This document shows positions 53,881-64,000 of a stretch of DNA of 64,000 nt, piece by piece (position 1 is the first letter of the stretch; each line of letters begins with the position of its first letter). The translations under genes were made by a program, and so were the position numbers. The stretch is taken from the NCBI GenBank assembly GCA_023515725.1, contig JALDTO010000288.1, positions 124,001 to 188,000 of the forward strand. Reading direction: 5' to 3'. Source of the DNA: Amoeboaphelidium protococcarum X5. Lineage: Eukaryota > Fungi > Aphelidiomycota. The notes below the pieces were generated by a model, which was not told where the DNA came from, did no database searches, and worked only from the letters and a program-made list of their open reading frames with translations.

Positions 53881-55533
53881 TCACTTACTACCAGTTTTTG
53901 GTTTGGAAGCAGCAGGTGCAGCCTTTGCCGGCTTTTGAGGCACAGCTGGAGCTTTTGCAGGAGTCGGAGCTTTTGCTGGAGTAGGAGCCTTTACGGGAAC
54001 TTTTGCTGGAGTAGGAGCTTTGATAGGTGCTGGAGCAGGAGCCTTGATAGGAGCCTAGACGGGAGCTTTGACATCAGCACTTTGGCGAGGCTACTGGGAA
54101 GTGGGCGGCTACTTAATAGCATTGATACCAACGCCTTGTTGTTAAGCGCCAGCATTGGGCACAGTTTCAGGTCTTTGAACGCCGGCAGTGTCCTACTACG
54201 AATTCACTTTGGTTGCAACAGCAGCAGTTTCGGCCGGAGGACTAACACCAGAGGCTACTACAGGCACTGGCGCTGGGGTATTACCTGGTAAATCAGACTA
54301 AACTTTTGCACCATTGGCATCAGCGGAAGGAGCAGAAGGGACAGCCTGTTGTTGCAAATTTGGAGGCAAAGTATCTTCAGCATTTGAATTCTTAGCTTGA
54401 GCTTCCTATCCAGAAGATGGCTCCGGAGTAGAAGTAGATTCAGAGGCCACGGGAGCACCAGGTTGCTGATTAGTTTGAGGACTGGTTCTTTAATTTAATT
54501 CCTACTTTAATTGCTCAGCTCTTGGCTAAATCCATTACTTAATCTCATCACTAGTCCAACCGTCAGCTTCCAGAGCAGCCGCGTCTTTAAGACCAGTAGG
54601 ATTTCCTTGCGCATCGACCTCAAATGCGTCAATCAGAGGTTTGCCGTGCAGACTCGCATCTTTGATATGATCCGAAGTTGTAGGCATCCGTTAAGAAGAA
54701 TCTCCAGCTTAGACCCTATTTCCTTCGGCATTATCACTATCAACACCAGAAGGAGTGACGCCATCTTAAGGGTTGCCAGCACCAACTTGATCAGATGGTG
54801 TAGGAGCTCCATCACCAGCAGCTGGGGCAGGCAATTCTTCTTTAGGAGGAGCGCCAGCAGCAGCAGCACCTTCAGATTACCCAGACTCAGTAGCGCTTGG
54901 TGAGCCTTACGCGTTGGCTGTCTTCTGTCGCTCTTCACCAAGTTCTTAAGCCCTCTGCTTAAGCAATTCGATTTCTTCTGGAGTCCAACTTTTCTGCAAT
55001 TCGGCATCATCTTTCAGACCGATAGGATTACCCTAATCGTCGGTTTCAAACGCATCCAACATGCGCCCTCCATGGTAAATGGAAGCTCGTATATGATTAG
55101 TCACACTGTTGGGAGGGAAGTCAGGAGAAGGTGCTCTTCCGCGAGCATAGGCTTCTTGTTCAGCAACTTCTTGGGGCGACATATTCAGTGCCTCAGCAAC
55201 GCGCTTTCTCCCTGCCTCTGACATCACTTGGCGATCATCAGTCAAGAAACGACTTTGCATAGTACTACGTAGATTTTGCTTATTATACTCTTGCAACAAC
55301 TTTGCATTTTAAGGAGATACACCCTCATTCACCAGATCCTCTTCAGTTTTAATCAAGCCATCGGAATCGTAGTAGTTAGGCTGCATTTGAAACCCTTCAA
55401 GAGCAGATAAATCAGCAGGACCGTCATCAGAAGATTGACGCTTGAATAGGGACTATTGATGTTCGTTAGGACCGTGCAAAGGAACAGACAACACAATAGA
55501 CGCGGATATTAATAGTAGAATAGTAAATTTCAT
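53881..55533 (-). CDS. Secreted protein with a duplicated ~55-aa domain and Pro/Ala/Lys-rich tail
   Basis: Signal peptide MKFTILLLISASIVLS, KR site, two HI...HG..DAFExDxQGNPxGLKD...WT..EI...RA repeats, KAPTPA repeats. TGA at 53881-53883. Confidence 0.82.
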
Positions 55534-56083
55534 TGTTTAGATTTAGCAGATTATTCAATAGATCTCAATAGTTTGTTACCGGGATAAAGAAGTAGATATC
55601 ACTGCTCCCGCTTTTATAGTGATACGACCAAATTCCTAGCCAATAGAATAGCAAAAATCTGGTCACCAGGTGCGTGTGACCGTCCAATGTGCGACGTTTG
55701 TGTTTCCATTGAACAATCAGAGGGAAGTATCTGATGTAAGACAAACTTTGTAGAATCTGATTCGTATTGCAACATTGCAGAAGCCAATCAACACCCTTCG
55801 AATTGGGTTACATCATTACATGATACTACCAGAGAAATTCTTGCAAATGCACAACCATGCAGACAGGTTAATAGGTGTTACCGCAATACACTGAGTAAAT
55901 AAGCATCCATATATCATTCATTTACCATTGTATACCTCGGAGTTGTAACTCATTGATCAAACAGAACAAAACGCGTTAATTTCTATTGAAAGTTTCCAAT
56001 GTAAAATCACACCATCTCCCACATTGCGAGCAAGAGAAATAACAACATAATTGGAGTTCAAATCAAAATATAAGAATTTACAT

Positions 56084-56491
56084 TCATCGTTTAATATTCA
56101 GATTTCTCACCTTTCTAATCGCCTCAAGGGAGGGAGATTACGACTTTTTACTACTAAATAGTACTGATGATCTTGCGCTCAATACAGTAGATGCCTTTCC
56201 GGATTGATATTTTAAGACCGAAGAATAATCTTATCTATAATCTTCACCATCCGTCTTCTGCTCTGTAGTCATCTTATCATGTCTATCCTCCGCCAGACCT
56301 TCTTTTTTCAATAGCTTATGGTAAGCGCGCTTCAACTTCATCCTCTGGACCAACTCAGCCTTATCCTTTGCCTCTACACAATCCCATTGTATTTCGCGCT
56401 ATATAAGTATATATTAGCATCACAAACACTTACTTTTGTACTGATACGTGTTTCTAGGCGTAAGAAGTCTTTTATTCTATTTACCAGTCAT
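56084..56491 (-). CDS. Small basic protein, Fyv7/CCDC59-like N-terminal region; intron 56374-56433
   Basis: YQYKKAKDKAELVQRMKLKRAYHKLLKKEGL after removing a GTAAGT..TGTAG intron. The typical C-terminal GQP motif is not seen. Confidence 0.5.
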
Positions 56492-56659
56492 GATTATATG
56501 GTGTAAATTACCGTTGTGCACTTTCTCTCACTTTTCGTCAAGAGGAAATCGCCAATCCTTAATCGCCTTATTTAAACAGTTTGGCGTTGGTGACGAATCC
56601 TACACGTTATAAAGCTTTGAAATATCTTGAAAATTAATATTCAAATCATTCGGCGATTG

Positions 56660-57475
56660 ATGCCCTTCTATGCCGTCAGAGTGGGCAGGAGAGCAGGCAT
56701 CTTTAAGACATGGTCGGAGTGTGAAGCTCAAGTGAAAGGATTCCCCGGTGCCAAGTATAAAAAGTTTACTTCGGAATCTGATGCATTATCATTTTGTTAA
56801 ACGGATAGCTTGACGGCGGCGGCATCTTTGACTTCACAAGAAATTGCTGGTAATGAATTTGAAAAGGTATAACAAAGTGTCAAGAATATAGTTTCATAAT
56901 CAGTCTCCTCAGCGACTGTTAAAAGATTGAGAGATCCCAGTCCTGATGGCATAATCAACAGTACTAAAATAGAGTCGCAGCGAAACAAGAAACATTTGAG
57001 ATTGACAGACGATGAGATGAGACGCGTAACGTAACAAGAGCAATCGGTCATAGTGTACGTTGATGGTAGTTCATTGAACAATGGCAGCATAGGATCGAGA
57101 GCTGGTGCTGGTATTTATTACGGTCCGGGTGATGGTAGAAACATTTCGCGTTATCTTGGCACTAATGTCACTAATCAGATGGCTGAATTGATGGCTGTAA
57201 AGCTGTGCTTACAAAACGCACCTAGTGACACCAATTTACTGATAAAGACAGACTCATAATACACCATCAAAGGCGTGACTGAGTGGATGCTTAAATGGAA
57301 AGCAAATGGATTCAAGACCAAAGTAAAGAATCTGGATCTGTTCAAAGATATAGATTAACTTATCATTGGACGGACGGGATCTGTGTAATTTGAATATGTT
57401 CCAGGCCATTAAGGCTTTGAAGGAAACGAGATGGCTGATCGGCTCGCTCGCAACGCTGCCTTGAACAATTGTTGA
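56660..57475 (+). CDS. RNH1: Ribonuclease H1 with N-terminal hybrid-binding domain
   Basis: FYAVRVGRRAGIFKTWSECEAQVKGFPGAKYKKF, YVDGSS, TNQMAEL, TDSQY, GHQGFEGNEMADRLA. Confidence 0.95.
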
Positions 57476-57722
57476 ATGATTTTGAATGCTAGACAATCAA
57501 TTTGCATATCATTTAAATGCGTTATATTTTTATATTTAGCCAGGATAAAGAAGCTACTGACGGTAGAAATTTCACTTTTAATCATCACTTTGTAACAGGC
57601 AAAGAAAAGCCCCTCTTTTCACCTACAATATTTGATCAAGTTTGTACAGACAGGCGGATCTCTTTATAAATCGGCGACGGCTCGGGAGATTTTAATTGTT
57701 TATATGCTAGCTGTATATAAGA

Positions 57723-58805
57723 ATGAATTTGAAGCTAATAAGAAATGTCGTTGGATGGCTACCTGTTGCCTTTGTTGTGTCGCTTCTCATTTGGGCATGG
57801 CAAGCTTACACTGTAAATTTATGGCCGCACTGGTGGACTCAATAGCAGGCAGGCTGGCTGATTCTATTGATTTTCCAGATTCTCTTTGTATTACTAATGT
57901 GGACATATTACCGTGTGGTTATGACTGATCCCGGCTCTCCTCTCCACTATGAGCATCTCAGATTATAGTCCTCTGATCTATAGCATCTATCCTCCAATCA
58001 AGATGCAGCGATGGATTCTACCTTAATGAATGACAATACTAATGATAATTATAAAAATATTAGTGAGGATGCTCTTATAACAGCCACAGTAAAATCAAAT
58101 GGTCAACGACGGCATTGCAGAAAGTGTCACGTATGGAAACCAGATAGATGTCACCATGACTCAATGTCTTAGAGGTGTGTACTCAAGTTTGATCACTTTT
58201 GTCCATGGATTAATAATTGTGTTGGACACTATACCTAGAAGTACTTTGTGCTGTTCTTGTATTATGTAGTTGTGTTTAGCTTGTATACCGGCTTTACCAC
58301 TCTTCCCATTGTTATGAATATAAAGGGCGTGTTAGATATTCAAACTCTATTCCTCACAATCATTGGATGCATATTTGGTGCTGCATTGACGCTGTTCTTT
58401 GCGATGCATTTATATTACGTGTTTGCCAATAAAACTACTCTGGAGGCTTTTGATTATAAGAAATATCAAGTGCCTGTTAGAGTACAGTCTCTGAATAGAA
58501 GTAGACGTTCTGGGCTGGTACGAACTTCTGGTATATTGAAGTTATTCGGTCGACATTAGCAGAGAACTCGATCTCGGTCCTCTTCTATAATGAATACAGA
58601 TGATAGTCAAGATGGCTATGATATCAAGTACGTGAATATGTTCAATGTTGGATGGCGATTAAATTTCATGCAAGTTTTTGGCTCCAATCCGTATCTATGG
58701 CTCCTCCCTGTGTAAACTACTCAGGGTGATGGACTCTCTTATCCCAGCGTTACCTCCTCTTCTCCTCTCCCTTCTCCTCCTACCCATGTCAATGATTTAG
58801 TTTGA
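57723..58805 (+). CDS. DHHC-family palmitoyltransferase (Pfa3/ZDHHC2-like) with variant DHFC motif
   Basis: TDPG, [50 protein letters not shown]..WLLP. Confidence 0.9.
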
Positions 58806-58911
58806 GAATTTCTCTAAATTTACTGTACTTGTAATGATTTTGTTGCTTATAATGAATGACAAGGTATAGAAAAGTAAAAACTTATATGGAATCAATGTAG
58901 TAAATAAAATT

Positions 58912-60456
58912 TCATTCTTCATTATGAATTTCAAATCGTTAAGACGACAATGATGTTTAAGAGGATCCTGACTATTTTCGCTGCATTACAATTTTAGATG
59001 CATAGACATGATCAAGGACGGACAGAGTAAACTCCAAAGACATTTTATCTGACCAGTTCACCCCAGATGGATCATTCTCCAGCCAGGCAATGTGTCCGCC
59101 AACTTTCGTAGTAATTAGAGCCAGATTGGGATTCTTGCGGAACATTTGATACGGTATTGCATCAGCAGGTATTATGGGATCGTCCAGTGCTTGTACAGTC
59201 AAGAATGGCACTTTAATACTAGACATAAAGTTGACACCACTAGCCTCTGAATAGTATTCTCGAATAGTGTTATAACCCCAGAGTTTAGTAGTCAGGCGTT
59301 CATCATATTCTTGAAGAGTTTTACACTTCAGCACCTCCTCGATATCATACTCATTCTAGGTTGCTGTAGACATTTATTGGTTATCCAAAGCTGCAGCTGA
59401 TGACAACGCATCCGAACTTTTACAAGTCTGAAATACCGATTTATGCTGTGTCAAGTATTTGGCTAAACTCTTGGCCAACACGAAATTATAAACATGCTTG
59501 TTGATTCCATCCTTCTATAACCACTCGTCGATCACCAACCAATTGAATGGATTAGCAACAGCAATAGCGGCAGTCAATTTACAATCTCCGCCCTGCTCAC
59601 CAAGATATTTGGTCAATAAATTAGCTCCTAGAGAATAGGCTGTGGCAAAGAGAGGAGCCTGAGGATATTGAGAATGCACATGACCAACCACCTGCCTGAT
59701 ATCATCAGTGTAATGGCAAGAAAAGTACTTGGTGGTTTTCAATTCAGATGCTCCACACCCGCGAGCATTCATAACAACAGGGCGGATCCCATTCTGGGCG
59801 AGCAGTGTGACATAATGCCTCACATACTGAGTGTGTGAACCTCCTGTTACTCCGTGAATTATAATCATCACTGGTGAATCCTCGGCAAACCGAAACATGA
59901 ACTCTCTGCTATGGCGCACGTAATAATCAAGAGCAATAACACCACCATCTTCAGTTGCCAGTAAGTGTCTTTAAAATTCAACGTCTGGCACTATGCGCAG
60001 GTACTCGTGCAAGAACGTTTACAGATGACCACTCATGTTCCAACTGGCAGGAACCAAATACTTTAGCGGGCTAATATTGCATAGCATTGTATAAAAATAT
60101 GGCTTATATTTCCTATTTAACAACTAACATCGCCGGAGTATAGACTTCATTCGGACAGAGTTTCTAGTATAGTACACAGCGGGACGCTCACATTCTGCAT
60201 TGTATAACAGCCACATGGCGACGATCAGCGGCCAACATGTCAATACAACCATGAACCAAATCAGCTTTAACGCAATTTTTGTAAACGAAAACATAAGCGA
60301 CATGTATTTCTGAGGTATAAATGCACTGGATACATACTACTCTCTAACAACCGTCTTGTGGTGGAACGACTTGCTCTCAGCAAACGCCAAGTCGAAAGCA
60401 AATTCCTTGAATTGTTCAAACCAGCTCTCAAGATCTTAATTAGAGGGCAATCTCAT
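58912..60456 (-). CDS. ABHD1/3 / Eht1-type alpha/beta hydrolase
   Basis: SGHLQT, DGGVIALD, HGVTGGSH, NARGC, AYSLGANLL nucleophile elbow, ALDDP, GGHIAW. Confidence 0.9.
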
Positions 60457-60817
60457 CCTTTGTAGTAAGAAGACAAGTATTCCGTTTGTAGATATTATGA
60501 TGGGCAGTATTGGAAATAGAGGCCAAGTTAAAATATTCCAAATCGCTCTTTATAGGAAACAGCACTTTAGTTACCTGAATGTATGCTATTAACAAACTCG
60601 CCCGCCTGTTGGAGTTTGAGAATTGAACGAGACACAAACGCGCGCGTGCGGGGAAGCTCGAGACAGAATCGCGATCGCTCAAAGATGTTTCACACAGCCG
60701 TGTGGAGGAGCTGTGAACATTACAGTAGTGAGACTCCTGATTAGATGGGTGAGAAGAAGACGACTCAATTAGAAAAAGTACAGAGATAGATAAAATTTTA
60801 TTGCTTGTTTAGATTAT

Positions 60818-62452
60818 TCAATTACCGACATTGTCGTCATCGTCTTCCCATTCAGACTCTTCATCGTCGATATAGTCCGCACCCTGGACCATCCATGGCT
60901 CAAATGGATCTTCAAATTGATCAACAAACGCGTCTTCTCTATCAGCCGGATGCAACTCAGTATCATCAGCAATTGACTACCACTGCTCCCACTCAATGTC
61001 ATCCAAAAGACACGAGTCAAGAGCACTGGTCAACTATTCACGATCAATATCAATTCCGATAAATACTATTTCTTGACGTCTGTCGCCATACTTGCCTTCA
61101 AAATCAGCTCTTAAAGCATCTTGGAATTCTTGCTCCACAGGCCATTGATCTTCATCTAGCTCACAGAACCACGGCTGACCACCATTTATCGTCAGCACAC
61201 AACCAGCTTGAGACCACTCTCCCCACACAGAATATCGACTAGCCAACCAAATGAAACCTTTCGAACGCAAAACTGGGCCAAATAATGGATCCTTCTTCTT
61301 ATTTTTCGCAATTTGCTAAGGTGATGAAGGATTTACTAACGAGGTTTCTTTTTCTTCCTCTTCAACTTCTTCTGGAGAGCCTTCTTAAACAACCTCACCC
61401 TTCTGACTATCACCATCTTCCATTTCATAATCATCATCCTCCTCAGGCTCATATTATTCTTGGATTAGAAGAAACTTGTCTCCAATTAAATCCGCAAGTC
61501 TTTGCGGATGAAATGGTTTCCTGGCAGTATAGATAAAATGACCAATGCCATACTCTTCAGATTCAGGCTTAGGCGCTAGCTTACCATTGCGCTGCAACTG
61601 CATCTCACTCAGTGATTACAGCCACCCAGGAGAATTGCGCGCCTCTTCAAAGTCAAACAGACCGGTATTCAAAATGTTCTTCAAATCAATCTAAGAATTC
61701 AGAGTGCGAATTATGCGGGCTTTAGGATTCAGCTTCTTGATAAAGCCTTCCATCTTGTTAAGAACATCTTTCGATACCAGGTCAGTCTTGTTCAACATGA
61801 TGACATTTGCAAACTCAATCTGTTCAACCATCAGACTCGAAACGTTACGATCATCATACTACTCGACGTCCTGGTACTTATCAGACAACAGCTCTGCAGT
61901 ATCGCAATCGTTAAAGAAATTAAAAGAGTCCACCACAGTAACGCAGGTATCCAACACAGCCAACTTGCTAATACCACCGATACGCTTCAATTCGGCCAAA
62001 ATTGTCGGATCAATCTGATCTACCTGATCGCCATTCTAGCCATCGCCCGACTGAACGGCAGCCGTAATAGTTCCGTCAATGAATTCGGTGGAAAACGTTT
62101 CAGCCACCTGCATTGGCTCAGAAATACCAGTGCTTTCAATCACAATGTAATCAAACTTGTCAGCGCCTGTAGTCAGATGGTAGATCTATTCGATCAGGTC
62201 ACCGCGTAAAGTACAGCATATGCAGCCATTTTGCATTGATACAAGGCGTTCCTTGGTTCCAATGACGTTCTCGTTCTTGATCAGCTCAGAATCAATGTTG
62301 AGGGATGCCATATCATTGACAATCACAGCACATTTCAGGTTACTATCCTTGGAATGAAGGATATGTTGCAGCAGTGTAGTCTTACCAGCACCAAGAAATC
62401 CACTCAGCAAAGTTATCGGGATCGGACGCGTCTATTCAGTTAAGTTTACCAT
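60818..62452 (-). CDS. COG0523/CobW-family Zn-metallochaperone GTPase
   Basis: [57 protein letters not shown]. Confidence 0.93.
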
Positions 62453-63019
62453 TTTTATAGTCTATCACGTAATATTCCTAACAAGTTTCTTAAAGGAGTG
62501 AAATGCTCACATAGTATTGTTGATCCTCTATACCTGAAAATGACGTGATTTCTACAGTAAATGACGAGTGATCTTGGATCTGTACCCCTGCTCTTCAACG
62601 ATGATGATCTAGAGTATCAGCAAACGAGTTAATACGAGATTAGTCGGACTGAAATTCGCCCCAGGTGATAGTATTTACTCCTTACTGTCACCTTGTTATT
62701 GCGATCTATATGATTACTTCTAGTGGAGGAGGTGGATGAATTCGATTCGCAGCTTCACTAGTGAACGAACAACCGGACGAAAAAAGATATATTCTAAGTA
62801 CTAAGAAATTTTCTCAAGTCTTGGTGGGTGAGTTACGCGTAAATTTCTCAAGAGTAAGTCAATAGTGCTGAACTTCAACCTTCAAAGTATATTCGAATGG
62901 TTTAAATTCCCCGTTGATGCCGCAATTGATTTCTGTAAGATGCGAGCCGGTAATGGAAAATATATCCCAATTTAAAACCACCAACACTTTCCACCTTGAA
63001 TAAATAACTCATATTAAAT

Positions 63020-63235
63020 TCAGTATTTCACTTGTTACCTATACATGGAGCCAGTAATTTTTTCATCTCTCTCTTCCATCACGTAGTCAAAGTAGTCCAT
63101 TGCTCGTCTACGAGGCAGTCCTTGTGTCTCAAAGGATCGGTAATACCAATCCAGCATACTTCCAGTGGCAACACAAAGACCAGTGATTCCAGCAATAGGT
63201 AAAAGAGAACTCCACGGGACTTGATATCTCGGCAT
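63020..63235 (-). CDS. NDUFA1: Complex I subunit NDUFA1 (MWFE)-like
   Basis: VPWSSLLPIAGI TM, PRR..D.FD..MEERDEKITGSMYRQ. TGA at 63020-63022. Confidence 0.82.
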
Positions 63236-64000
63236 ATTAATATTTTGTCTGCTGTGTAAGTAATAGGAGAGATTGGGGTTGGATGAACACTTTCTTATTA
63301 TCAACTTGCAGAGTTCTACGGAATCCGAGAGCCGCAAAAGCGCGTCGCTATTTAAAAAGCAGAAACGAATATTTGTTTCTTACAACTGTTTTTGTTTTTA
63401 ATGTTCGAGAGCCGCAATCAGTGCCTCACATTAATACATAACGTTTTTGCACTTGTAATACGCGAATGCGACTTAACAAATTGATTAATTTTTGTGATTA
63501 CTTTCTTATTTATATCATGCTGCAAAATCAAATGTATTAGTCATGCACCGTGTGTGTGTTGCTTTACTTTAATGTGCAACTTGCGCAACTGCAGCAGTAT
63601 TGGTGTAAATATCTCAAGATTTTTAATATAGCAGTATTTGCTCCGCTTCTCTAGTAAAGAAATATATGCACCAAACCTCAAGCAAAAATTTGCAAACTGT
63701 TTGTGAGTAGTGGTTGCTCGATCTTTGTCACAACTGATTGCTTGATGCGTTAATCTCGAAACTGGCGCTTGCAATTTAACAGTAAGTAAGCGATTATTTG
63801 TGATAAATTGTTTTGATACTGAATGATACTTTATTATCTCTTACACACTATTCACTAAACTACTTTTTAACAACGTACAATCTTATTTGCGAGATAAGCA
63901 TACAGGTATAAGCAATGCAGCATTGGGACGCCGTAGTGTTGTCATTACTTGCTGCGCCACCCCCCTTACGCCACTCTAAGATCTTACGCAATCATATTAT

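Overview
Gene-dense eukaryotic nuclear DNA with about 37 protein-coding genes and 13 short introns. It uses a non-canonical code: TAA and TAG are read as Gln and TGA is the only stop, so the supplied ORF track breaks real genes into fragments. The fungal/opisthokont-type gene set plus this code points to an aphelid such as Amoeboaphelidium protococcarum (inference). Housekeeping genes include YIPF6, CDC27, SmD1, PDK, PAP1, DLIC, TPS2-type, NIT2, TFIIF-alpha, MET22, CDK7, GUK1, SLX4, TFC3, PRI1, TM9SF3, ADA3, RNase H1, DHHC, ABHD, CobW and NDUFA1. Interspersed are candidate parasite effectors: a secreted protein with an S-HxxxE (LnaB-type AMPylase-like) motif, a signal-peptide+F-box-like protein, a Crinkler-like PD-(D/E)xK nuclease-kinase fusion and a secreted repeat protein. 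Other oddities: Nup188 appears split into two ORFs separated by two unrelated genes, all 13 inferred introns end in TGTAG, a DHHC enzyme has lost three ligands of one Zn site, and a CABLES-like gene has an in-frame TGA. All translations and coordinates were done by hand, and family calls come from recognised motifs, not database searches.
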